Assembly (NCBI GenBank): GCA_965232515.1 | Contig: CBDDPY010000002.1 | Coordinates: 1,248,001-1,312,000, forward strand | Reading direction: 5' to 3' | Source of the DNA: Alphaproteobacteria bacterium | GTDB taxonomy: Bacteria > Pseudomonadota > Alphaproteobacteria > GCA-2731375 | DNA length: 64,000 bases | Shown here: in pieces, positions 1 to 9,558 of the stretch | Position numbering within the stretch: position 1 is the first letter of the stretch | Layout: each line of letters opens with the position of its first letter | The notes under the pieces: generated by a model | The model's input: only the letters and a program-made list of their open reading frames with translations | Databases searched by the model: none | What the model was told of the DNA's origin: nothing | Program-made: the position numbers and the translations under genes

Positions 1-1322
1 ATGCTGAGCTGGAAGCCGCCGTCGCCGACCAGACAGAAGGTCTTGCGGCCCTTGGCGGCGAGCGCCGCACCGATGCCCATGGGCAGGCACTGGCCGATGC
101 CGCCGCCGAGCGCGTGCACGCCGTCGCGCGGGCCGGAGATGCGCAAGGCCCGGTTGCCCCAGGTCGAGTTCGAGATGGTGACATCGCGCACCCAGACGAA
201 GCTGCGGCCCGCGACGCCTTGCAGCGCATCGACGAGCTGGGCGTAGGGGCCGAGGGTTTCGCGCAGGCCCTGCTCGGCCTGGCGGCGGGCGGCGGCGAGA
301 TCGTCGCCGAATGCGGGATCGACATCGAGCCGGCCGGCGAGGCGGTCAGCGAGGCCGTTCAGCGCCAGCACGCTGTCGCCGTGCACGAACTGGGCGTTCG
401 GATAGCAGCGGCCGTCGGAACGCGGATCGGCGTCGATCTGATAGAGCGGCTGCGGCAGTTTGAGGGTGTATTTCAGCGTTTCGTTGCCGCGCAGCCGCGA
501 GCCCGCGACCAGCATGGCATCCGCCGTCCGGTAGAAGGCTTCGATGGGCGGGGCCATGGTGAAGGCGCCGAGGCTGCGCGGATGGTCTTCCGGCAGGATG
601 CCGCGGCCCTGCGTGCTGGTAACGATGCCGAAGCCCATATCGGCGAGGCGCGCCGCGGCACTGCCGGCATGCCGGCTGCCGCCACCGAGCCAGAGCAGGG
701 GGCGCCTCGCCTGTGCAAGGTTGTCGGCCAAGCGGTCGAGCGCGGCCGACGTGGGCGCCGGCGCTTCGACACCGTGCGGGTCCAGATCCTGGGGCCAGGA
801 GATTTTCGCTTCCTGGATGTCGATGGGGATTTCGACGCTGACCGGACCAGTTGGCGCCGCGAAGGCGGTGCGCACGGCGTCCTTCAGCGTGCCCAACGCT
901 GTTTCGGCCGAGCGAACGCGGAAGGCCGCTTTCGAGACCGACGTCAGCATGCCGAGCTGGTCGCGCGCCTCGTGGATGTAGGCGCGGTCGCGGTCGAGAT
1001 GAGCGGTCTCGATCTGGCCGGTGAGATGCAGGAGCGGCGTGCCCGCGGTCTGGGCCTCGACCATGGCGCCGGCCGCATTGCCGGCGCCGGTGCCGGTGCT
1101 GGTGACGAAGACGCCGAGGCCGCCGCCGACGCGGGCATGGGCGTCGGCCATGTTGCCGGCGCCGGCCTCGCCGCGGGCCGGCACGAAGCGAATGTTGCCG
1201 CGCCGGCCGATGGCGTCGAGGATCGGCATGTTGTGGATCGAGATCACGCCGAAGGCGGTCTCGACGCCGCAGCGCTCGAGGAAAGCGGCGACGATATCGC
1301 CGACGGCGGCTTGATCAGACAT
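1..1322 (-). CDS. Thiamine pyrophosphate-binding enzyme (acetolactate synthase-like), 3' end runs off the window
   Basis: Not in the ORF track. Read by hand from ATG at 1322: MSDQAAVGDIVAAFLERCGVETAFGVISIHNMPILD...PARGEAGAGNMAD...TSTGTGAGNA, and near position 1 the TPP motif GDGGFQLS. Overlaps the stop of the upstream SDR. Confidence 0.85.
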   Translation of the reverse strand, partial: MSDQAAVGDIVAAFLERCGVETAFGVISIHNMPILDAIGRRGNIRFVPARGEAGAGNMADAHARVGGGLGVFVTSTGTGAGNAAGAMVEAQTAGTPLLHLTGQIETAHLDRDRAYIHEARDQLGMLTSVSKAAFRVRSAETALGTLKDAVRTAFAAPTGPVSVEIPIDIQEAKISWPQDLDPHGVEAPAPTSAALDRLADNLAQARRPLLWLGGGSRHAGSAAARLADMGFGIVTSTQGRGILPEDHPRSLGAFTMAPPIEAFYRTADAMLVAGSRLRGNETLKYTLKLPQPLYQIDADPRSDGRCYPNAQFVHGDSVLALNGLADRLAGRLDVDPAFGDDLAAARRQAEQGLRETLGPYAQLVDALQGVAGRSFVWVRDVTISNSTWGNRALRISGPRDGVHALGGGIGQCLPMGIGAALAAKGRKTFCLVGDGGFQLS

Positions 1323-2106
1323 GGCGTGACAATCCTCCGGAAACGTCGATGGCGGCGCCCGTGATGTAGGACGCGCAGGGCGAGGCCAGGAACACGATGG
1401 CGCGGGCCGGCTCATCCGGCCGGCCGAGCCGGCCAAGCGGGATCTTCTTCTGACGCGCCAGTTCGGCGGTCCAATCCTCGTAGCTTTGGCCCGCCTCGGC
1501 ATGGGCTTCGTAGCGGCGGCGCCACTGGCCCGAGTCGATCAGGCCCAGCAGGATCGAATTGACGCGGATGCTCTGTGGCGCCAGTTCGGTGGCGAGCGAG
1601 CGCACGAAGTTCAGCAATCCGGCGCGGGCGGCCGAGGTCGCGACCATGTGCGGTTCCGGCTGTTTCGCCAGCAGCGAGTTGACGCAGACGATAGACGCCG
1701 CGTCGGCCTCGGCCAGCATGTCCTGGAAGGCACGCACGGGGTGGATCACGGAAAAGAACTTGAGATCGAGTTCCTCGCGCCAGGCCGTATCCGTCGTGTC
1801 GGCAAAGGTCGATGTGCGGCCCTGGCCGGCATTGCAGATCAGCATGTCAAGGCGGCCGAAGCGGTCGCGCACCGCACGGCCGAACGTCGCGACCTGGGCC
1901 GCGTCGAGGACGTCGCAGGTCTCGGCCAGCAGACGGTCGGCGGCGACATCGGCCAGCGACGCCGTCGCCGCCGACAGCCGGTCGGCGTCGCGGCCGCAGA
2001 TGGCAACCTCGGCGCCGGTCTCCAGCAGCAGGCGGGCGGTCTCGAGGCCGATGCCGGAGCTGCCGCCGGTGACGACGGCGACCATGCCGGTATGGTCAAT
2101 CTGCAT
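1315..2106 (-). CDS. SDR family oxidoreductase
   Basis: TGGSSGIG Rossmann motif, CNAG, C-terminal G..IDVSGG; the usual YxxxK reads TSAAR (atypical SDR). Confidence 0.9.
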   Translation of the reverse strand: MQIDHTGMVAVVTGGSSGIGLETARLLLETGAEVAICGRDADRLSAATASLADVAADRLLAETCDVLDAAQVATFGRAVRDRFGRLDMLICNAGQGRTSTFADTTDTAWREELDLKFFSVIHPVRAFQDMLAEADAASIVCVNSLLAKQPEPHMVATSAARAGLLNFVRSLATELAPQSIRVNSILLGLIDSGQWRRRYEAHAEAGQSYEDWTAELARQKKIPLGRLGRPDEPARAIVFLASPCASYITGAAIDVSGGLSRHV

Positions 2107-2113
2107 GCCGGGC

Positions 2114-2908
2114 CTACAGTCCCGCGGCCGCCGCAGCCGGCCGATAGTGCAGCGCGCGGGAGATCCGGTCCGCCGTGCTGCAAACGGCGTTGATAACGTC
2201 CGTCCCGATATCGTCGCCGCCGGCCACCGTCACGTTGATTGCCGCGACGGCGCGGCCGGTATGGTCGCGGACCGGCGCCGCCACCGACGAAATGCCGCTT
2301 TCGAAGAAGGCGTTGCTGACGGCGTGGCCGCGGGCGCGGTCCTGGGCCAGGAGATTCGTCAGATCGGACATCGTTCGTGGTGTCTGGTCGGAAAACCGCG
2401 GCAGCTTGGCGTCGCCATAGAGCTGCCAGATCTCGATATCGTCGAGGTCAATGAGGAGCATGCGGCCGAGCACCGTGGCATGCGCCGGCAGCCTCGTGCC
2501 GACGTTCAGGCTGCCGGAAAACGCCGAGCGGCCCGAGACCTTCAGCACCACCACCACGTCCGTGCCGTCGCGCACGACCATGTGCACCGAACAGCCCGTG
2601 GTCTCGCGCAACGCTTCCAGCTCGGCCCGGCCGATCTCGGTGACGTCGAGGCTGGCGATGTATTCGAAACCGAGGCCCAGCAGGCCGGCGCCGAGACGAT
2701 AAGCCGTGCCGCCGTCATCGCGGGCCAGCAGGTTCAGGTGCTCGAGCGTCTGCGCGATGCGGAACACGGTGGTGCGCGGGATGCCGAGCTCGCGCGCCAT
2801 CTCCGGCGCCGTGATGGCGCGGCGTTCGGCGTTGAACAGACGCAGGATCTCGATACCCCGCGCCAGGCCGGGGACGAGATAGCGCTCGATGTCCTTGGGC
2901 TCGCTCAT
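2114..2908 (-). CDS. IclR family transcriptional regulator
   Basis: N-terminal HTH (VPGLARGIEIL...LGIPRTTVFR) and IclR effector domain (GTRLPAHATVLGR, SVAAPVRD). Confidence 0.92.
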   Translation of the reverse strand: MSEPKDIERYLVPGLARGIEILRLFNAERRAITAPEMARELGIPRTTVFRIAQTLEHLNLLARDDGGTAYRLGAGLLGLGFEYIASLDVTEIGRAELEALRETTGCSVHMVVRDGTDVVVVLKVSGRSAFSGSLNVGTRLPAHATVLGRMLLIDLDDIEIWQLYGDAKLPRFSDQTPRTMSDLTNLLAQDRARGHAVSNAFFESGISSVAAPVRDHTGRAVAAINVTVAGGDDIGTDVINAVCSTADRISRALHYRPAAAAAGL

Positions 2909-3753
2909 GACAGGGTGTCGATGAAATCAATGAGGTGCTGGTTGAACAGATCGGGCGCCTCGACATGTGGCAGATGTCCGGCCGCCGGGATCTCCACATA
3001 TTGCCGGCCGCCGGGAAACGCGACGGCCACCTGCCGAGCGCCCTCGGGCGGCGTCGTCGTGTCCTCGGCGCCGCAGAAGACCACGGCGGGATGGTCGAGC
3101 CGCGCCACGTCGGTCAACAGATCGCCGTCGGCCAGCAGATCGGCGGCGGCGGCAAAACCTTCGAGCCGCAACTGACTCAAATTGCGTTGGACCAGCGCGC
3201 GCTGCGCCTCGCTTGGATGCGGGCCGAGCAGCCGCGGCGCGCGTTCGGCCGCGTAGGCTTCGGCGCCGAGTGTCCGGAACGGATCGAGCCGGCCGGAACG
3301 GCGCTCGGCTCGCTCATCGGCCGTCAGCCGGGCATGGCCCTGTGCCGGATCGGCCAGCACCAGCGCCCGCACGCGATTGGGCCGGCGGCATGCGAACTGC
3401 GCCGCCATCAGGGCGCCCAGAGAATTGCCGACAAGCACCGGCCGCTCGATCGACAGCGCGTCGAGCAGGGCGGCCAGCGCGTCGACATAGGCGTCGGCGG
3501 TGGGCGCGGACACCGGGTCCGAGCCGCCGTAGCCCGGCGCGTCCCAGGCGCTGAGCCGGTAGGCGCCGGCCAGCGCGTCGAGCTGATAGGACCAGGAGCC
3601 GGAGCCCGAACCGATGCCGTGCAACAACACGACATCCGGACCGTCACCGGCGCGGCGGCAGGTAATCGTGCCGGCAGCGGTGGAAACCGGTTCCGCCGGA
3701 TGCGCCGACAGAACCGTTTCCCAGGGCCAGGACATGCGCTCGGGCGCCAGCAT
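2905..3753 (-). CDS. Alpha/beta fold hydrolase
   Basis: LLHGIG, WDAPGYG, GNSLG nucleophile elbow, AGHL; start placed at ATG 3753, which overlaps the cupin stop. Confidence 0.88.
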   Translation of the reverse strand: MLAPERMSWPWETVLSAHPAEPVSTAAGTITCRRAGDGPDVVLLHGIGSGSGSWSYQLDALAGAYRLSAWDAPGYGGSDPVSAPTADAYVDALAALLDALSIERPVLVGNSLGALMAAQFACRRPNRVRALVLADPAQGHARLTADERAERRSGRLDPFRTLGAEAYAAERAPRLLGPHPSEAQRALVQRNLSQLRLEGFAAAADLLADGDLLTDVARLDHPAVVFCGAEDTTTPPEGARQVAVAFPGGRQYVEIPAAGHLPHVEAPDLFNQHLIDFIDTLS

Positions 3754-4307
3754 CAGTCGCGCTTGATCTTGGCCAGCGGATGGTCCGGCGGATAGGTCGG
3801 CAGCTTCGGCTTCGGCGTGCCGAGCATGACGCACATCAGGGACTCCTCCTGGCCGATGTTCAAGAGCCCGCGATAGATGCCGGGCGGCACGGAGACGACG
3901 TCGCGCTCCTCCAGAATGGTCTCGGCGGTCTCGCCGTTATGCTCGAGGAACAGCTTGATGCGGCCGCGCAGCATGAAGAAGACTTCCTCGACGTCGTCAT
4001 GGACGTGGATCGGACCCTCGCAACCGGCCGGCAGCACCATGGTCGAGAAGGTGAAGTGCTCGGACGGAATGACGTTCGCGTCGGACTTGGCGCCGGCGGC
4101 GCCGAGGCCCATGTAGCGCATCTGCGCGCGCTTGTATTTCGGATCGAAGTCGGCCTGGAACTTCAGCGCGTTCCAGTCGTAGGTACGGCTTTCGAAGCGA
4201 GCGATGCGCTCGCTCTCGATCCATTCGCCGAGCGACTTGTCCGCCGGCTTTTGCCAGGTCGGCACGTCCTCGCGCTCACTCTCATGCAGTCTTGCGGTTT
4301 CCGCCAT
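3753..4307 (-). CDS. Cupin domain protein
   Basis: Cupin motifs PIHVHDDVEEVFF and SVPPGIYRG. Confidence 0.85.
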   Translation of the reverse strand: MAETARLHESEREDVPTWQKPADKSLGEWIESERIARFESRTYDWNALKFQADFDPKYKRAQMRYMGLGAAGAKSDANVIPSEHFTFSTMVLPAGCEGPIHVHDDVEEVFFMLRGRIKLFLEHNGETAETILEERDVVSVPPGIYRGLLNIGQEESLMCVMLGTPKPKLPTYPPDHPLAKIKRD

Positions 4308-4325
4308 CCTCAGGGTCCCTCCAGG

Positions 4326-5078
4326 TTAGTTCAGGGTAAATCCGCCATTCACCGGCAGCGTCTGGCCGGTGACGAAATCGGCCGCGTCCGAGGCCAGGAA
4401 CAGCACCGCGCCGACGACATCGTCGGGGTGCTGCGACCGCGGCATGGCGCGGCCGTCGACGTAAAGCTCCTTGCGGTCCTCGGGCACGTATTCGGTTGCT
4501 TCGACCAAGGTCAGGCCCGGCGCCACGGCGTTGACGGCAATGCCGTCTGGGCCGAGCTCGCGCGCCATGGATTTGGTCATGGCGATCACGGCGCCCTTGG
4601 AGGCGACGTAGTGCATCAGGCGCGGCGCGCCCCAGAGCGCGGTGTCGGAAGCGATGTTCACGACCTTGCCGTTGCCGGCGGCGCGGAGCGCCGGCAGACA
4701 CGCCCGCGTCATCAGCCAGGTGCCGCGCACGTTTACGGTCATCACTCGATCCCAGGTCTCGACCTCGATCTCTTCCATGGTCTTGCCGCCGATGCCGGTG
4801 GCGATGGCGCCGTTGTTGACCAGACCGTCGATGCCGCCCATCTCCGTGCCGGCGGCCACGGCGCAAGCCGCCACCGACTCCGGATCGGCGAGGTCGAGCG
4901 GCAGGGCATTGGCCGATGGCAGCCGCGCGGCGGTCCGTTCCGCTTCGTCGGCCAGCACGTCGGCGACGATGACCCGCGCGCCGGCGGCGCAGGCCGCCTC
5001 GGCAAAGGCCGCGCCCAGACCGCGGGCGCCGCCCGTGATCAGCAGGCGCTTGCCATCGAGACGTACGGGCGAGGTCAT
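4326..5078 (-). CDS. SDR family oxidoreductase
   Basis: TGGARGLG, NNGA, YVASK. Confidence 0.92.
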   Translation of the reverse strand: MTSPVRLDGKRLLITGGARGLGAAFAEAACAAGARVIVADVLADEAERTAARLPSANALPLDLADPESVAACAVAAGTEMGGIDGLVNNGAIATGIGGKTMEEIEVETWDRVMTVNVRGTWLMTRACLPALRAAGNGKVVNIASDTALWGAPRLMHYVASKGAVIAMTKSMARELGPDGIAVNAVAPGLTLVEATEYVPEDRKELYVDGRAMPRSQHPDDVVGAVLFLASDAADFVTGQTLPVNGGFTLN

Positions 5079-5087
5079 GGCGCCTGA

Positions 5088-6125
5088 CTACTCCGCCGCC
5101 TGGGCCGTGGATTTCGCTTGCGCCTCGACCTGCGCCCGGGCCTTCTTTTCGAGCAGGCGGCGGACGCGGCTGAGGCCGACATCGTGCTGGTAGAGATACT
5201 CGTGCTCGCGGGCATCGGGCGCCATCTGCTCCAGCACCACGCGGTCCTGCTCCAGCACGTTCCAATGCAGCTGTTCCAGCCGCGTGCGGTAGAGGAAGCG
5301 CCAGACATCGCGCTGCCAGCCAGTGACCTTGCGCACGCGCCAGAAGAAGACCTGCGTGTGCTTGTCGTCGATGGGCGTCGCGAAGCCGACGATGAAGAAC
5401 TCGCCGCCCGGGCCGTATTTTTGCTGATAGGGGATCGACAGGCGCATCCACAGCGCGTTGGTCTCGCCCCATTCGACCCAGTCGAAATTGACGCCCTGCT
5501 GGCCGGTCTTCTCCCAGATGAAGCCGTGCTCGGTCTTGCGCGCGCGCATCTCGGCGGCGCGGTCGCCCTCGGCCATGGAATGCGAGGTGGCGTGCAGATA
5601 GGCGCCGTGCATGGGGTCCATGACGTTATCGACGGCGTAGCGGTAGTTGCAGGCCCAGTGCGCGGTGCAGAGGAAGCTGGAATAGGCGTCGCTCGTCAGC
5701 TCCTCCGGCAGCGCCAGCGGTTCCGGCGTTTCGCCGGCTTCGGCGAAGTAGAGGAAGATCGCGCCGTTGCGTTCCTCGACCGGGTAGCTGCGCACCTGGC
5801 GCTCGTCCTTCATCGGGCAGTCGGTGACGGCCGGCACGTCGACGACCTTGCCGCCGCCGTCGACCTCGACGCCGTGATACCAGCAGGCGACCCGGTCGCC
5901 CAGGTTCCAGCCCAGCGACAGGCGGGCGCCGCGGTGCGGACAGCGGTCTTCCAGCGCCTGGACGTCGCCGTCGGCATCGCGCCAGAGCACGATGTTCTGA
6001 CCGAGCCGGGTGATGCCGGTCGGCGCGTCCGACAACGACCAGCTCGGCAGCACCGGATACCAGTAGCCCAGCAGGCCCAGGTTGAGACGCGACGTCACCG
6101 CGTTGTCGATCTCGGTTGCGGTCAT
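5088..6125 (-). CDS. Rieske non-heme iron oxygenase, catalytic (alpha) subunit, VanA/TsaM-like
   Basis: Rieske CPH...CWYH motif; mononuclear Fe site DNVMDPMHGAYLH...EQD. Confidence 0.92.
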   Translation of the reverse strand: MTATEIDNAVTSRLNLGLLGYWYPVLPSWSLSDAPTGITRLGQNIVLWRDADGDVQALEDRCPHRGARLSLGWNLGDRVACWYHGVEVDGGGKVVDVPAVTDCPMKDERQVRSYPVEERNGAIFLYFAEAGETPEPLALPEELTSDAYSSFLCTAHWACNYRYAVDNVMDPMHGAYLHATSHSMAEGDRAAEMRARKTEHGFIWEKTGQQGVNFDWVEWGETNALWMRLSIPYQQKYGPGGEFFIVGFATPIDDKHTQVFFWRVRKVTGWQRDVWRFLYRTRLEQLHWNVLEQDRVVLEQMAPDAREHEYLYQHDVGLSRVRRLLEKKARAQVEAQAKSTAQAAE

Positions 6126-6146
6126 GTCCAGGTCCTCTTCAATGCG

Positions 6147-6932
6147 CTAGGCCGCATGCGTGGCGCTGCGCGGCAGGTAGTGCAGCACGCGGGCCTCCAA
6201 CAGCACGACCAGCAAATAGGCGACGATGCCGATCACGGTCAGCATGATGATGGCGACAAAGACCAGCGCCGTGTTGCCAGCGCCCTCGCCGAAAGTGAGC
6301 AGATAACCGAGGCCGACATTGCCGCCGACAAGCTCGCCGACGACGACGCCGATCACCGCCAGCGTCGCGCCGATACGCAGGCCCGAGAACAACGGCGGCA
6401 TGGCGGCATGCGCCTCGATCATGCGGAAGATCTGCCAGCGCGAGGCCGAAAACGAGCGCGCCAAGTTGATCATATCCGGATCGACCGTGCGGATCGCCGC
6501 CATGACGTTGACCAGCACGGGGAAGAACACGATCAGGATCGCGACCAAGATCTTCGGATAGACGGTGTAGCCGAACCAGAGCACGAACAGCGGCGCGAAG
6601 GCGACCTTGGGCGCGATCTGCAGCGCCAGAATGTACGGCGACAGCATGACCTCGGCCGTGCGCGACACGCCCAGCACATAGCCAACGAAAATGCCCAACA
6701 GCGAGCCGAGCAGGAAGCCGACGCCGACGGACCAAGCCGTCATGCCGGTGTGATAGAACAGCCGCTCGCGCTCGACGGCAATCACGAACTCGGCCGCCAC
6801 GGCGGAGACGGGGGGCACGATAAAGGGCGGGATACCGAGCGCTGCCGGGCCCCATTCCCAGGCCGCGAGGAAGATTACCAGCAGCGCGAGACTGCCGGCG
6901 ATCTCCCTCGGTCCGAACTGGCTGACCCCCAT
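6147..6932 (-). CDS. ABC transporter permease (SsuC/TauC/NitT family)
   Basis: Multiple TM segments, EAA-like loop ARSFSASRWQIF, GELVGGNVGLG. Confidence 0.9.
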   Translation of the reverse strand: MGVSQFGPREIAGSLALLVIFLAAWEWGPAALGIPPFIVPPVSAVAAEFVIAVERERLFYHTGMTAWSVGVGFLLGSLLGIFVGYVLGVSRTAEVMLSPYILALQIAPKVAFAPLFVLWFGYTVYPKILVAILIVFFPVLVNVMAAIRTVDPDMINLARSFSASRWQIFRMIEAHAAMPPLFSGLRIGATLAVIGVVVGELVGGNVGLGYLLTFGEGAGNTALVFVAIIMLTVIGIVAYLLVVLLEARVLHYLPRSATHAA

Positions 6933-6957
6933 GGCGTCGTCCTTTCGCTATCGCGAC

Positions 6958-7947
6958 CTACTGGGTCACGAAGGCGTTGGTGTAGAGATCGTCGAGCGGC
7001 GCGGCCTGCCGCACGGCGCCCTGCGCCAGATAGAAATCCTGCACCGTCTTCAGCCGGTCCGGGTCCATGGCGCCGAGCGTGGCCTGGCCGGGATAGACAT
7101 ATTCGTTGTAGAGCTTGAACACCGCTTCCATGGCCTTTTCCTTGCCCTGGTGCTGCGGCACGGCCTTGACGTAATCGGCGGCGGCGCCGGCGGGATCGTC
7201 CATGATGTCGCGCATGCCCTTCAGCGTCGCGCGCACCAACTTGCCGATCAGCTCGGGCTGCTCAGCGATGGTCTTGTCGGAGGCGAGGATCGCCTGGGCC
7301 ATGGACGGGAAGTAATCCTCGACCGGCATGATGCGCAGCTTCTTGCCCTGGGCCCGGGTCAGACCGATCCAGTCCGGCACCGCGGCCATGGCGTCGGCCT
7401 CGCCGGCGGCGAACAGCTTCCAGACGCCGGCCGGGCCGGCGGCCTGGATGTTGAGGTCGTTCTTGGTCAGGTCGGCCGTCGAGAGCGCGCCGAGCAGCGC
7501 ATAGAACGTGGTGTCCTGATACGACATGGTGGTGACGGTCTTGCCCTTGAGGTCTGCCGGACCCTTGATGTCGCTGTCTTCCATGGCGACCAACTGGGTC
7601 AGCGCCCGGCCGCCGAGCACGGCGACGGCCTTAACCGGAATGCCGTTCGCGCGCACGATGATCGGCGTATCGCCGATGCCGCCGCCGATCACGGCGTTGC
7701 CGGCGCCGACCTGCTTAGCGACGTCGACGCCGCCCTTGGCCGACTGGAAGGTCACGTCGAGGCCCTCGTCGGCGTAATAACCGCGCGCCTGCGCCAGCAT
7801 CCAGGGCCCGAAGGCCGGCAGGAAGGTGGGCGCCGGCAGCAGGTAGGTCACCTTCTGCATATCGGCGGCAGGCGCCGCGGTTGGCGCGGCCAAAGCGAGG
7901 GCAACGGCCGTTGCCGCCGCTGCGTTGCGAATTGTCCGTCCCAGCAT
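6958..7947 (-). CDS. ABC transporter substrate-binding protein (NMT1/THI5/SsuA-like)
   Basis: Signal peptide, GYYADEGLDV, DLKGK motifs. Confidence 0.88.
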   Translation of the reverse strand: MLGRTIRNAAAATAVALALAAPTAAPAADMQKVTYLLPAPTFLPAFGPWMLAQARGYYADEGLDVTFQSAKGGVDVAKQVGAGNAVIGGGIGDTPIIVRANGIPVKAVAVLGGRALTQLVAMEDSDIKGPADLKGKTVTTMSYQDTTFYALLGALSTADLTKNDLNIQAAGPAGVWKLFAAGEADAMAAVPDWIGLTRAQGKKLRIMPVEDYFPSMAQAILASDKTIAEQPELIGKLVRATLKGMRDIMDDPAGAAADYVKAVPQHQGKEKAMEAVFKLYNEYVYPGQATLGAMDPDRLKTVQDFYLAQGAVRQAAPLDDLYTNAFVTQ

Positions 7948-8005
7948 TCTTAGCCTCCAGTTGTCATGCCCGGTTTTTCCCGGGCGGTTGGTTCAGGTCC
8001 GTTCG

Positions 8006-8839
8006 TCAGATCAGCTCGTCGGCCGCGTGCTCGCTGACATGCAGGAGCGACATCAGGTGCGCGACATAGTCGCCGACCCGGCGGTGTTTACGCCGGTTGA
8101 TGGGATCGTCGCGGTGCGCGATGTCGACGACGATCTCCTCGATAATGGTGCCGGGCCGCTCGCTCATCACCAGGATGCGGTCGGAAAGCGCGATCGACTC
8201 GACGAGGTCATGGGTGATGAAGACGGCGGTGCGGCCGTCGGCGGCGAGCGTCTGGGCCAGATCCTGCTGCAGGATCATCTTGGTCTGGGCGTCAAGCGCC
8301 GAGAACGGCTCGTCCATCAGCAGCACCGCCGGATCGACGGCGAGGGTGCGGGCGAGCGCCGCGCGCTGGCGCATGCCGCCCGACAATTGATGCGGATAGT
8401 GATCGGCAAACTGCGTGAGACGACAGCGGGCGAGCAGCGCGAGTGCACGTTCCTTGCGATTGCCAGCCGAAAGGCCCTGGATCTCGAGGCCGAATTCGAC
8501 GTTGCGCCGGATCGTGCGCCAAGGCAGCAACAGGTCCTTCTGCAGCATGAAGACGACATGCCGGTTCGGCCCGGTGACGCGCACGCCATCGACGAAGACC
8601 TCGCCGGCACTGGGCGCATAGAGGCCGGAGCCCATGTTCAACAGCGTGCTCTTGCCGCAGCCGGACGGGCCGATCAGCGAGACGACCTCGCCGTCGGCGA
8701 CCTCGAGGTCGACGGCGCGCACGGCCTCGATGGCCGCATCCTTGCCGGGCTGCCGAAACTGCTTGGAGACATTGCGAAAGGCGATGCGCGCCGTTCCGGC
8801 GGCGGCATTGGGCGCGTCGACTGTCGCCGCCATCGCCAT
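8006..8839 (-). CDS. ABC transporter ATP-binding protein (NitT/TauT family)
   Basis: GPSGCGKST, LSGGMRQR, LLMDEPF. Confidence 0.93.
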   Translation of the reverse strand: MAMAATVDAPNAAAGTARIAFRNVSKQFRQPGKDAAIEAVRAVDLEVADGEVVSLIGPSGCGKSTLLNMGSGLYAPSAGEVFVDGVRVTGPNRHVVFMLQKDLLLPWRTIRRNVEFGLEIQGLSAGNRKERALALLARCRLTQFADHYPHQLSGGMRQRAALARTLAVDPAVLLMDEPFSALDAQTKMILQQDLAQTLAADGRTAVFITHDLVESIALSDRILVMSERPGTIIEEIVVDIAHRDDPINRRKHRRVGDYVAHLMSLLHVSEHAADELI

Positions 8840-8843
8840 GCGC

Positions 8844-9140
8844 TCAGAGACCCAGCCGGGCGATCTCGCGCCCGAACGACTCCTCGGTCCAGGCCGTGCC
8901 GTCGGGCGCCAGCACGCCCCGGTCGTTCAGCGCCGCGACCAGCGCCGGCAGCTCGTCGATGCCGGTCTCGAAGCATGAGATCAGCGCATCGGCGAGGTCG
9001 TTCTCGTACGACGTCGGCGCGGCGGCGCGGTTCTGCCAGACGATGTTCTCGGCGACATCGGGCGCCTCGATGCGGCCCTTGCCGGCAACCGCATTCGGCT
9101 GCGGCCGGCGCCAGTTCTTCAGGAACGGGTTGTGGTCCAT
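8844..9140 (-). CDS. Small recombinase-like helix-turn-helix protein of unknown function
   Basis: 98 aa from ATG 9140; YENDLADAL...LVAALNDRGVLAPDGTAWTEESF resembles the small HTH proteins found beside Rieske oxygenases. Confidence 0.7.
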   Translation of the reverse strand: MDHNPFLKNWRRPQPNAVAGKGRIEAPDVAENIVWQNRAAAPTSYENDLADALISCFETGIDELPALVAALNDRGVLAPDGTAWTEESFGREIARLGL

Positions 9141-9166
9141 GGCGATCCGCCTTGTCCGGGTCGGTG

Positions 9167-9475
9167 TCAGAGGCGCACGTAGACGTCGCCGTCTTCGACC
9201 TTGACCTCGTAGGTCTTGAGGTCGCGGTCGGCGGGCTCGCGCAGGCATTTGCCGGTGGGGATGTGGAAGAGCGCCTCGTGCAGCGGGCATTCGACCTGAT
9301 CGCCCTCGACGAAGCCCTCGCTCAACAATGCATAAGCGTGCGGGCAGATGTCTTCCATGGCGTAGAGCTTGCCGTCGACCCGGAAGACGCCGATCTGCGC
9401 CTCCGCGATCTTGGCGGTTGCCGGCTCATCCTCGGTCACATCGGCATCCGCCGCCACTTTGTGCCAGTTGCCCAT
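9167..9475 (-). CDS. Rieske-type [2Fe-2S] ferredoxin
   Basis: CPH...CPLH motif, 102 aa from ATG 9475. Confidence 0.92.
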   Translation of the reverse strand: MGNWHKVAADADVTEDEPATAKIAEAQIGVFRVDGKLYAMEDICPHAYALLSEGFVEGDQVECPLHEALFHIPTGKCLREPADRDLKTYEVKVEDGDVYVRL

Positions 9476-9496
9476 CCCACTCCGCGCGCCCACACT

Positions 9497-9558
9497 GTTC
9501 CATATTTGGAACGTTGATCTTTATATGGATCATAGGAAACGAGTATCTGTATTGTCAA
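9497..9558 (-). promoter_or_regulatory. Sigma70-type promoter with two adjacent palindromic operator-like sites
   Basis: Minus-strand TTGACA (9558-9553), 18-nt spacer, TATGAT (9534-9529); palindromes GTTCCA-TATT-TGGAAC (9497-9512) and TGATC-N8-GATCA (9515-9532). Confidence 0.7.

Noticed and set aside
114-1364. 416-aa + strand ORF, and many similar long antisense ORFs (e.g. 5118-7118, 10990-12675, 32984-35032, 51588-53693)
   Set aside because: Shadow frames opposite well-supported genes, expected in high-GC DNA; no motifs
8844-9140. A site-specific recombinase marking a mobile element
   Set aside because: Too short, no catalytic domain, and embedded in a catabolic operon
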